Part shown: in pieces, positions 29,799 through 38,303 of the stretch
Layout: every line of letters begins with the position of its first letter
Numbering within the stretch: position 1 is the first letter of the stretch
DNA from: an uncultured Gammaproteobacteria bacterium
GTDB taxonomy: Bacteria > Patescibacteriota > Patescibacteriia > UBA11705
Assembly (NCBI GenBank): GCA_964413735.1
Contig: CAYPSS010000005.1
Span: forward strand, 4,398-68,397
Length of the DNA: 64,000 nucleotides
Direction of reading: 5' to 3'
The notes under the pieces: generated by a model
Told to the model about the DNA's origin: nothing
Databases searched by the model: none
The model's input: the letters and a program-made list of their open reading frames with translations, nothing else
Position numbers and translations under genes: made by a program

Positions 29799-30410
29799 TT
29801 AAGCCCCACCATTAATGGCACTAAATACCGCAAAACCAACCGAAGTCCACAAAACGATTTGCGCCACCATCAATAAAATCGGCGCATTCAATAATAAACC
29901 CAAAAAAATCAGGCCAACACCCAAAACTTGTAAATTAAGTTTTATTTTTCCCCACAAATTGGCCTTAAAGGATAATTTCATCCCGGCTAATTTGGAAATA
30001 ACGGCAATTAACATTACCAATAAATCCAATCCAATAATCACGATCGCTAGGGTAAAATTAACTTTAATCAACAAAACAATAATCGCCGAAGCCACCAAAA
30101 TTTTATCCGCCACCGGATCTAACAAAGTCCCTAATTCCGTCACCTGATTACGACGTCTCGCCATCGTGCCATCAACCATATCAGTTAAAGCCAATAAAAC
30201 AAACATAATCAGCGAAACCAAGTAATGACCGTTCCATAAATAATAAACAAAAAACGGCACACCGAGCAAACGAATCAAAGTCAAGTGATTTGGCAAAACC
30301 CAAGGAGGAATAATGTGCCGAAAAATCGCATAACAAAACGGATCATAAAAATTGGAATACTCTTTTTCCATTTTTTCTTTGGAATGAATAATTTTAGTAC
30401 TGATTTTCAT
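29799..30410 (-). CDS. pgsA: CDP-alcohol phosphatidyltransferase (PgsA-like)
   Basis: PNHLTLIR, TDMVDGTMAR...GTLLDPVADK. Confidence 0.85.
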   Translation of the reverse strand: MKISTKIIHSKEKMEKEYSNFYDPFCYAIFRHIIPPWVLPNHLTLIRLLGVPFFVYYLWNGHYLVSLIMFVLLALTDMVDGTMARRRNQVTELGTLLDPVADKILVASAIIVLLIKVNFTLAIVIIGLDLLVMLIAVISKLAGMKLSFKANLWGKIKLNLQVLGVGLIFLGLLLNAPILLMVAQIVLWTSVGFAVFSAINGGA

Positions 30411-30415
30411 TTTAT

Positions 30416-30871
30416 TTAACGATTTTTTGTTGCCCAATCAAAATTAATTTGAGGATCATCAAAAGCAATCCTCTCTTCATCCGGATTAGCCGGATCATAA
30501 GCTTCGCTGGTATGGTAAAACAAACAAACTTTTTCATTTCCCAAAACTCGATAGCCATGCGCCACAAACGGTGGAATAGCAATTAATACCGGATTATCCG
30601 CACCGGCATAAATCACTTGAGTTTCGCCTTTAGTGGGAGAATCTTCTCGCATATCATGCAACACCACTTGCGCCATTCCGCGTACCACAAACCAAACATC
30701 CCATTGTTTTTTGTGCCAATGAAAAGCTTTGATTACTCCCGGGTGAGTTTCCGTATAACTGGTTTGCTTGATTGGATGAAAAGTTGTCTCACCTTCCTTC
30801 ATAATTTCCGCAAAAAAACCGCGATCATCCGCATATTTTTTAATCATCTTTATTTCCACATCTTTGATCAT
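30416..30871 (-). CDS. rmlC: dTDP-4-dehydrorhamnose 3,5-epimerase family
   Basis: DDRGFFAE, GVIKAFHWH, DMREDSPT, IPPFVAHGY. Confidence 0.88.
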   Translation of the reverse strand: MIKDVEIKMIKKYADDRGFFAEIMKEGETTFHPIKQTSYTETHPGVIKAFHWHKKQWDVWFVVRGMAQVVLHDMREDSPTKGETQVIYAGADNPVLIAIPPFVAHGYRVLGNEKVCLFYHTSEAYDPANPDEERIAFDDPQINFDWATKNR

Positions 30872-30922
30872 AAATTCAATCTATTATTTCTTATATTTTA
30901 TCAAATTACGATAATTTGTCCA

Positions 30923-32917
30923 CTAACGCACCACCACTTGAATACCGGCGGTGAAACTGGCCCACAAAGCAAAAAATTCCGCTTTCATTTGACCATTAAT
31001 ATCCCAAATTCGCACATGTGGACCACCGGTTGGTCCGGGAACGGTAATAATTTCCCTTTGACCATCACCATCAAAATCACCGGCACTCAATCTCACGCCA
31101 CCGCGAAAATTGGAATTATAAGCAAAAAAACTGGCAAGCACCTGTCCTGAATATTTAAACACTCTGACTTGCGGACCGCCACCTTGACCAACACCAACTA
31201 AAATTTCAGCGTATTTATCATCATCCATATTTTCCGCCAAAACATTCACCCCACCGCGAAAATTTTCCGCATAGACCATTATGGTTTTCAATAAATTACC
31301 GGCGTAATCAAAAACTTTTACTTCCGGTAAAGCCCCGGTCGGAGCGCCCACAATTATCTCGTCTTTTTCATCCCCTGTCACATTACCAACCGCCACCGTT
31401 AATCCTTGATTATACTTTGAATCAAAAGCTGAAAACTCTTTTATTAATTGACCATTAAACGAAAAAATTCTTACTACCGGTTGTCGTCCACTTTGCGGAA
31501 CCACCACATATTCCACTATACCATCACCATTAACATCACCGGCCACGGCTCGAACACCACCGCGAAATTCACTTTCAAACCCCAAAAAACTGGAATACAT
31601 CAAACCCTCCGGAGACAAACCTCGAACAAAAGGCATAGCTCCATGACGCGCCCCAACTACCAAATCATTCAAATTATCACCATCCAAATCCGCTCCCGCA
31701 ATATTAAGGCCACTAAATTCTCCGCCCAAAGCTTCCACATCAGCGCGTAATTTAAAATTAGAATCATACTGTAAAATATTAGCATGCAATTCACGGTCAG
31801 CGCTAAAAAAATAACTTAAACCGCGATAAGAACCATTATCCTGTAATAATAAATCCAAGGCCCCTTTAATATTAAGCAAACCGGCCCCAATCTGTGACTC
31901 ATAATTTAAGTTAACGCCGGAAATATCAGTCGCGGATTGCTGAATCATTTCAATAATTTGATTAACGCTCAAAGAACGATTAACGCTTTTTAACATTGCG
32001 ACTGCGCCGGAAACCAGAGCGGTGGAAAATGAAGTTCCTTCATAACCGGAATCAATATATAATTGCAAATCAGGAAATTTTTCACTTTGGAAAACTGTAC
32101 CAATTAAATTTCTACCCGGCGCCAAAATATCCAAACAAGGACCAAAATTGGAAAAAAACGATAACTCATTATCTTCATCAGATGATCCCACGCCAATCAC
32201 CACATTTTGCGCCCATTCTAAATCATAACAAATGGGATAAACTTTTTTTTGTTCCAAATCTATTCCTCCAACCGCATTATTACCAGCTCCGGCCACTATC
32301 ACCACATTTTGTTTATAAGCCTTCCAAATAGCGTCCTTCAAAGTATAATCTGTTTGAAACCCCCCAAAACTTAAATTAATCACATCGGCGCCTTTGTTCA
32401 CCGCATAATCAATGGCCTTGGCCACTGCTCGAGAATCACCAAAACCATTTTCATCAAGAGCAATAAGAGGCATTATTTTTACCTGACCGACCACTCCTTT
32501 GATACCAAAATCATTATTATGAATCGCACCAATTAAGCCGGCTAAAAATGTCCCGTGATTAACAGCCGAAACATCATAATCACCCGTCAAAGATGGTTCC
32601 ACCTCATTATTATTTCGAATAAAATTCCAACCATAATAATCATCCACATAACCATTGTTGTCATTATCCACTCCATCGCCTGATATTTCCAGATTATTAA
32701 TCCATATATTTTCTTGTAAATCAGGATGATCGAAATCAATACCCGTATCAATAATTGCTACAATCACCTCCGGATCACCGGTAGTGGTCAACCAAGCCTC
32801 CGGAGCTTTAATTTTTTCCAAATACCATTGTTGTCCCTCATACGGGTCAAAAGCATAAGTCGGAAAACAAAAAAACAAAACTAACAAAAAAATAACTATT
32901 TGCTTTAATTTAACCAT
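30923..32917 (-). CDS. Secreted S8 subtilisin-like protease with FG-GAP-like repeats
   Basis: Signal peptide; IDTG, HGT, GTSFS triad; repeated FRGGV..GD.DGDG..EI motifs. Confidence 0.9.
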   Translation of the reverse strand: MVKLKQIVIFLLVLFFCFPTYAFDPYEGQQWYLEKIKAPEAWLTTTGDPEVIVAIIDTGIDFDHPDLQENIWINNLEISGDGVDNDNNGYVDDYYGWNFIRNNNEVEPSLTGDYDVSAVNHGTFLAGLIGAIHNNDFGIKGVVGQVKIMPLIALDENGFGDSRAVAKAIDYAVNKGADVINLSFGGFQTDYTLKDAIWKAYKQNVVIVAGAGNNAVGGIDLEQKKVYPICYDLEWAQNVVIGVGSSDEDNELSFFSNFGPCLDILAPGRNLIGTVFQSEKFPDLQLYIDSGYEGTSFSTALVSGAVAMLKSVNRSLSVNQIIEMIQQSATDISGVNLNYESQIGAGLLNIKGALDLLLQDNGSYRGLSYFFSADRELHANILQYDSNFKLRADVEALGGEFSGLNIAGADLDGDNLNDLVVGARHGAMPFVRGLSPEGLMYSSFLGFESEFRGGVRAVAGDVNGDGIVEYVVVPQSGRQPVVRIFSFNGQLIKEFSAFDSKYNQGLTVAVGNVTGDEKDEIIVGAPTGALPEVKVFDYAGNLLKTIMVYAENFRGGVNVLAENMDDDKYAEILVGVGQGGGPQVRVFKYSGQVLASFFAYNSNFRGGVRLSAGDFDGDGQREIITVPGPTGGPHVRIWDINGQMKAEFFALWASFTAGIQVVVR

Positions 32918-32979
32918 AGATTTGACAACTCTATATAATTATGTTAAATTTAATTGTTCACCCCTCAGGAGAACACCCA

Positions 32980-33552
32980 ATGAGTAAACCCGGAACCATT
33001 TATTACTTTGATGGAATCAATCGACGAATGGTCGCCGAAGATGTTTCTTCACAAACCGATCGTTTTCGTTTGAAGGCCATTAAATTCATGCATACTTTGC
33101 ATCCTTTAGCCTCGCTCATTCAAAGATTGTTTGACAATGAAAAAATTGATGCCCAACAGCGTGATGTTTTGTTTGTTTGGGTGGGAACATTTGCATTCAG
33201 GACTAACATTTCCGAATCCCTGGTGATTGAACAAGAGAAAGAATTCCACAGTCAAGAACCTACCACCATTATAGCAAATGAAATGAGTTATTGGCAGTCA
33301 ATGTCAGCCAAGGAAAGAGATTGGTGGGGACCTTACAATTTCCCGGAATATGCCCAGCGAATTCAGGAAGACTTTCCTCTGGATACCAGTAAAATTCTAA
33401 TTCTACACCCGAGTCAACGCCAGCAAATTCTGGAAGGACTTTCCGGTTTGGTCAATCAGCGCGCATCGATTTTGATTCAATGTCTGGCGCTGTGTTTCCG
33501 AATTGCCCGACTGGCGGAAAAACAAAATCAATCGCGCAAAGGCTTTTTCTAA
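32980..33552 (+). CDS. Orphan hypothetical protein
   Basis: ORF with SD AGGAG before ATG 32980, upstream TTGACA and a downstream terminator. Confidence 0.65.
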   Translation: MSKPGTIYYFDGINRRMVAEDVSSQTDRFRLKAIKFMHTLHPLASLIQRLFDNEKIDAQQRDVLFVWVGTFAFRTNISESLVIEQEKEFHSQEPTTIIANEMSYWQSMSAKERDWWGPYNFPEYAQRIQEDFPLDTSKILILHPSQRQQILEGLSGLVNQRASILIQCLALCFRIARLAEKQNQSRKGFF

Positions 33553-33558
33553 AACTTC

Positions 33559-33584
33559 GATGCTGAAAACTCAGCATCTTTTTT
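33559..33584. terminator. Intrinsic terminator between convergent genes
   Basis: gatgctga-aaac-tcagcatc-tttttt. Confidence 0.75.
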
Positions 33585-35343
33585 ATTGACGCTGAGCATT
33601 CTTTTCTTTGATTTCCGCTATCAAATCATTAACCGTTAAATTAACTTGATCGTCTTGTCCTTTAATTCGTACCGACAAATCACCGCCACCCACTTCTTTA
33701 TCACCAATCACCACCATATACGGCACCTTTTCCTTTTCCGCTTTTCTGATTTTATAGCCAACCGTTTCATCACACTGATCAATTTCCACGCGAATTTTAT
33801 TTTCTTTTAATTTACTGGATAATTCCTGACAAAACTCAATATGCGCTTCGCCTACCGCAATTAATTTAACTTGAACCGGTGCCAGCCACACCGGGAAATT
33901 TCCACCATAATGTTCAAGTAAAATTCCCAAGAAACGATCAGGTGACCCAACAATAGCACGATGAATCATGACCGGTGTTTTTTCCGAACCGTCTTTATCA
34001 ACATATTTTAATCCAAAACGAGTCGGCATATTCAAATCCAATTGAATGGTAGAAATTTGCCATTCACGTTTTAACGCGTCACGCACCATAATATCCATTT
34101 TGGGACCGTAGAAAGCCGCTTCACCCAAACCAACCACATAATCAATTTTCTGTTTTTTTAATAAATCCTCCAATACATTTTGCGCCTTTTCCCAGACTTC
34201 ATCAGAACCAATATAACCTTCCTTTTTCTCTGGATCCCGTAATGATAAACGCACATAATAATTCATCCCATAAGTATTCAACGCTTCATTAATTACTTGC
34301 AAAACCGCTAAAAATTCTTGTTCTATTTGATCTTCACGACAAAAGGAATGCCCATCATCTTGCGCAAAACAACGTAGTCTGGTTAAACCGCTCAATTCTC
34401 CGGGTTTTTCATCACGATACAAATTGGCAAAATCACAATAGCGAATCGGCAAATCTTTATAACTACGCAACTCGGAAGCAAACAATTGAGTGTGTTGCGG
34501 ACAATTCATTGGTTTTAAATAATACTCTTCATCCGTATAATTGGAAACAACACGCAACATATCTTCTTTATACTTATCATAATGACCGGAAACTTTGAAA
34601 AGTTCCGCCTTATTCATATTAGGTGTATGCACCTTGCCATAACCGATTTTTTGATTTAACTCATCGGAATAATCAACGACCATTTGACGCAAAATATTAC
34701 CTTTTGGCGTGTACAAAGGCATCCCCGGTCCAACCAACTCAGAAAATACAAACAATCCCAATTCTTTGCCGAGCTTGCGATGATCGCGCTTAATCGCTTC
34801 TTCGCGCAATTGCACAAACTCTTTCAACTCATCTTTGGTAGAAAAAGCCAAACCGTAAATTCTTTGCAACATTTTGTTTTTTTCATTACCGCGCCAATAG
34901 GCACCGGCCACTTTGTCCAATTTGAAAAAACCAACTTCACCGGTATTTTCCAAATGTGGGCCGGAACACATATCTTCAAACATTACCTCACCGTTTTTAT
35001 TTATATTACGATAAAAACTGACGTTAACTTCACCTTTTTGCTCCAGTTCATCAATCAATTCCAATTTATAAGGATTATTTTTTAATTTTTCTCGCGCTTC
35101 TACCAACGTTAATTCAAATTTTTCAAATTCTTGCTTTTGTTTCACAATGTCTTGCATTTGCTTTTCAATTTTCTTCAAATCATCAGCGGAAAAACTCTCC
35201 TCAGCCAAATCAAAATCATAATAAAAACCATCGTCAATCGCCGGACCAATGGCTAATTTTGCTTCAGGGAAAAATTTCAAAACCGCTTGCGCCATGATAT
35301 GACTCAAAGAATGTCGCATGTCATGTAAATTTTGTTCTTTCAT
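33583..35343 (-). CDS. thrS: Threonine--tRNA ligase (no N-terminal TGS domain, editing domain present)
   Basis: RHSLSH, DMCSGPH, RDHRKLG, KPMNCP, AAFYGPK, MIHRA, FPVWLAP. Confidence 0.98.
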   Translation of the reverse strand: MKEQNLHDMRHSLSHIMAQAVLKFFPEAKLAIGPAIDDGFYYDFDLAEESFSADDLKKIEKQMQDIVKQKQEFEKFELTLVEAREKLKNNPYKLELIDELEQKGEVNVSFYRNINKNGEVMFEDMCSGPHLENTGEVGFFKLDKVAGAYWRGNEKNKMLQRIYGLAFSTKDELKEFVQLREEAIKRDHRKLGKELGLFVFSELVGPGMPLYTPKGNILRQMVVDYSDELNQKIGYGKVHTPNMNKAELFKVSGHYDKYKEDMLRVVSNYTDEEYYLKPMNCPQHTQLFASELRSYKDLPIRYCDFANLYRDEKPGELSGLTRLRCFAQDDGHSFCREDQIEQEFLAVLQVINEALNTYGMNYYVRLSLRDPEKKEGYIGSDEVWEKAQNVLEDLLKKQKIDYVVGLGEAAFYGPKMDIMVRDALKREWQISTIQLDLNMPTRFGLKYVDKDGSEKTPVMIHRAIVGSPDRFLGILLEHYGGNFPVWLAPVQVKLIAVGEAHIEFCQELSSKLKENKIRVEIDQCDETVGYKIRKAEKEKVPYMVVIGDKEVGGGDLSVRIKGQDDQVNLTVNDLIAEIKEKNAQRQ

Positions 35344-35373
35344 ATTTTTTATTAAATTATTATATTGAGTAAA

Positions 35374-35401
35374 GAATTATGAATATAGAATATGGAATTA
35401 A
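35374..35401. repeat. Heptamer tandem repeat (gaatnnn x4)
   Basis: gaattat gaatata gaatatg gaattaa. Confidence 0.65.
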
Positions 35402-35781
35402 AATTTTTTTATCTTATTTGTACTTTTTATGATACCATTTAATAATTTATGGACATCAACCGTTTTTTTATAAATATTTTGATATTCATCATTCACTATA
35501 AAACTCAAATCTTTTGCTATTTCAATCTGATTTTGCACTTCTGTTAGAGATCCTAGAGAAATCACATAAAACCTTGTTTTATCTTTAGAGGTAATTCGGC
35601 TAAAACCTTCTGCGATGTTTGAAGTTATTGAGACAACAGCTCTTCTCAACTGCATTATTAATCCGAAAGTTTCATTTTCAGGAAAGACTTTCGTTGCTTT
35701 ATATATCATAAGAACCAATTTATGCCCTTCCTGCCAAACATACAAATCTTTGAATGTCCTGATTTTCCCCTCATCATTCAT
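35398..35781 (-). CDS. Four helix bundle protein (23S rRNA IVS-protein family)
   Basis: FKDLYVWQ...FPENETFGL..QLRRAVVSITSNIAEG...GSLTE. Confidence 0.93.
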   Translation of the reverse strand: MNDEGKIRTFKDLYVWQEGHKLVLMIYKATKVFPENETFGLIMQLRRAVVSITSNIAEGFSRITSKDKTRFYVISLGSLTEVQNQIEIAKDLSFIVNDEYQNIYKKTVDVHKLLNGIIKSTNKIKKF

Positions 35782-35790
35782 AATTAATTA

Positions 35791-35839
35791 TTCTAATTTC
35801 TAAATTCTAACTTCTAACTTCTTAATTCTAACTTCTTAT
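35791..35839. repeat. Heptamer tandem repeat (ttctaan x7)
   Basis: ttctaat ttctaaa ttctaac ttctaac ttcttaa ttctaac ttcttat. Confidence 0.85.
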
Positions 35840-36273
35840 TTCTCAATTAATATTGTCAGCGGACCATCATTTTCCAACTCAACCTTCATCGTCTTTTGAA
35901 ACTCGCCACTGGCAACAATTAAACCATTTTGTTTCATTTGTTTTAAAAAATATTCATACAAAGGTTGCGCTATTTCCGGTTTAGCCGCTTGAGTAAAATC
36001 AGGCCGTCGTCCCCGTTGACTATCAGCATAAAGCGTAAATTGCGACACCACCAACAGTTCCCCTTTTACATCAAGCACTGATTGATCCAATTTATCATTG
36101 TCATTGGGGAAAATTCTCAGATTCAAAATTTTTTCCACCAAATAATCGGCTTGTTTTTGAATATCATCTTCATGAATCCCCAAAAAAATCAAAAGCCCCC
36201 GACCAATTTGCCCAACAATTCTTCCCTCCACCTTAACACAAGCATAATTAACTCGTTGAATTAAAGCTTTCAT
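35836..36273 (-). CDS. dtd: D-aminoacyl-tRNA deacylase
   Basis: MKALIQRV, LRIF, VSQFTL, GRRP, NDGP. Confidence 0.96.
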   Translation of the reverse strand: MKALIQRVNYACVKVEGRIVGQIGRGLLIFLGIHEDDIQKQADYLVEKILNLRIFPNDNDKLDQSVLDVKGELLVVSQFTLYADSQRGRRPDFTQAAKPEIAQPLYEYFLKQMKQNGLIVASGEFQKTMKVELENDGPLTILIEK

Positions 36274-36279
36274 ATTAAC

Positions 36280-36440
36280 AAAAAAGACTAAGTAATTCTT
36301 AGTCTTGGGGTCCTTTCACAATTCAAGGACGGTTCCACCCAAGTTTCTGCCAGAGGCAGACCCTTAATAAATTGTCAGTTGATTTAGTCAAAAATGAATC
36401 TGTTCGATAGTTAGTTGGTAGCTAACTCAATCATCAACTT
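36280..36440 (-). promoter_or_regulatory. T-box riboswitch (Thr), transcriptional attenuator with very short stem I
   Basis: AACTTGGG-TGGAACC-GTCCTT...AAGGAC-CCCAAG antiterminator overlapping terminator AAGACTAAG/CTTAGTCTT-TTTT; stem III TCTGCC/GGCAGA; ACC in an apical loop; upstream of dtd-thrS. Confidence 0.85.
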
Positions 36441-36444
36441 GTTA

Positions 36445-36472
36445 ATTATACAACCCTCGGGAAATTTGTCAA
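36445..36472 (-). promoter_or_regulatory. Sigma70 promoter of the T-box leader
   Basis: TTGACA-16 bp-TATAAT. Confidence 0.8.
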
Positions 36473-36503
36473 ATAAAAAACCAACTTTTTAAGTTGGTTG
36501 TTA

Positions 36504-36965
36504 TTATTCAATGAAAACGGTAGGCTCCAAGCAAATATACTGAATTTCGGGTGGAAACATCTCATCGGCCGAAATATTTTCGAGCAAACAACGGCCATTA
36601 CCCAAATTCAGCGGACAGTCTTGATAGCTGTAGCTATGTTCAATTTTACAATCATTCCAAAAGTATTCGAACAAATACAAACGATACGCCCAAGAATAAT
36701 CTGATTGAAAATACAACTCCACCTGAATTGACTGATCTTCCGGCAACCAGACCAGTTCGATTTTTTGCAAATCAGTCGATTGCAAATTACCGATTTCGGC
36801 ATTTTCCAACTGATCTTCAGTTTCCACTAAGGCCTTGGTTTCCATTCCATCCTGGAAAAATCTTTCCAAATCTTCCTGAGTAAAAGAACCATCAAACCAA
36901 GCGGCTGATGCTTGAATAGCAATAATCAAAAAAATTGTAAATACCGCCCAATCGGTTTTCCTCAT
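36504..36965 (-). CDS. Secreted orphan protein
   Basis: Signal peptide MRKTDWAVFTIFLIIAIQASA; SD AAGGAGG. Confidence 0.65.
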   Translation of the reverse strand: MRKTDWAVFTIFLIIAIQASAAWFDGSFTQEDLERFFQDGMETKALVETEDQLENAEIGNLQSTDLQKIELVWLPEDQSIQVELYFQSDYSWAYRLYLFEYFWNDCKIEHSYSYQDCPLNLGNGRCLLENISADEMFPPEIQYICLEPTVFIE

Positions 36966-37072
36966 CTTCCCCTCCTTTAGGGTCAAACCATGAAATAATA
37001 TATTATCAGATTTAATACTTCTTGTCAACAACAAAAAACCCCCGGTAAAAGGGGGCTTTTTATCAAATTATA

Positions 37073-38212
37073 TTAATCAGTTAAAATATTTATGGTAATA
37101 TGATCGATCAATGAAGGGACTCGCTTCACCCAAAATGGCGTTAAACTGATAGATACGCTTTCAATTTCATCAAAACTTGATAAATATAGCTCGACACCAC
37201 GCACACTTAAACCGGCAATTTTTTCTTTGTTCAAAATATCACTATCTTCCCGTAAAACGGTTTCTCCCTCAGCGTGAATTTTCACATTGGCAGTTTTGTT
37301 TTCCGCATTATAATTTTGCACCACATAAGAGAAATTTTCCATTTTCATCTTACTAAGCTCACGCTCACCCGTAACCAATTTTTTCAAACGATCGATTGAT
37401 AGTTGAACAATGTCAGTTTGTTTTATCCCCATGATTGTCACTTCAACCGTTTGTTCCACCTCAAAAGAATCCACCGTATCATCCACTCCGGCCGAAACCT
37501 TTTCATCGGTTAATTTTTGGGCCACCACCACCGCGGCATAATCTTCTCCCACTTCTTGATGAAAACGCGCAATCGCTTCCTGATAAATTTTGTTGGTTAA
37601 TATTTCCTTGGCTTGTGCAATATCCACGGCTTTTACCACTTTGATATCACCCGGCTTACTGTTAATCACAGATAAACTTTCCGCATAAACGATTTTTTGC
37701 AATTCCAATGACAACCCGGGAATAGTAAATTTCATGGGCGCTAAAGATTCAAATGCCGAAGGGTCATCGGCATAAACTTCCGCTTCCACACTACCATTAG
37801 CCGGAACTGTAATTCGATTCTTTAATCTCAATAAAACATTATCAGCGGTTAATAATCGAGTGGTGGCCACCAAAGGCTGATCAACGGTTTGCTCATTATA
37901 AACCTTTACCACACCAATAACATCATTATCCAAACTTTTTGTGCCGGTGGCTCTGGCCGTTTCCGTTAAGGAAACTTTGGTTTCAAAAATAAAACCAGCT
38001 AATGCTCCGGGCGACAAATTATCAGATTGCGTTTCCAAATCCGCAATAAAATCCGTAGCGATGGTTGCTTTTTGCGGTTTAATTTCAATCAAAGCTCGAG
38101 AAAAAGAAAAATAAAAAATCACCCCCAACAATATAACCGTTAAAACAACAAAAATAATGATGAATTTAACATATAAACTTGAAACTCCAACTCGTGGTTG
38201 TCCTGTCATCAT
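37073..38212 (-). CDS. Membrane-anchored protein with baseplate-J-like beta domain
   Basis: TM helix, then GVVKVYNE...QPLVATTRL...FTIPGL; ends PFWVKRVP. Confidence 0.65.
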   Translation of the reverse strand: MMTGQPRVGVSSLYVKFIIIFVVLTVILLGVIFYFSFSRALIEIKPQKATIATDFIADLETQSDNLSPGALAGFIFETKVSLTETARATGTKSLDNDVIGVVKVYNEQTVDQPLVATTRLLTADNVLLRLKNRITVPANGSVEAEVYADDPSAFESLAPMKFTIPGLSLELQKIVYAESLSVINSKPGDIKVVKAVDIAQAKEILTNKIYQEAIARFHQEVGEDYAAVVVAQKLTDEKVSAGVDDTVDSFEVEQTVEVTIMGIKQTDIVQLSIDRLKKLVTGERELSKMKMENFSYVVQNYNAENKTANVKIHAEGETVLREDSDILNKEKIAGLSVRGVELYLSSFDEIESVSISLTPFWVKRVPSLIDHITINILTD

Positions 38213-38303
38213 AAAATTAATTTATTTGGATATAATTATATTATTAATAATATTTATGGTACTAAACAATTATATTATACCAAAAAAATGAACATCCACC
38301 AAA

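Noticed and set aside
35398-35781. Four-helix protein as Avd of a diversity-generating retroelement
   Set aside because: No reverse transcriptase or TR/VR pair in the window
37073-38212. Baseplate-J-like gene as part of a prophage
   Set aside because: Isolated, TM-anchored and among housekeeping genes, with no other virion genes
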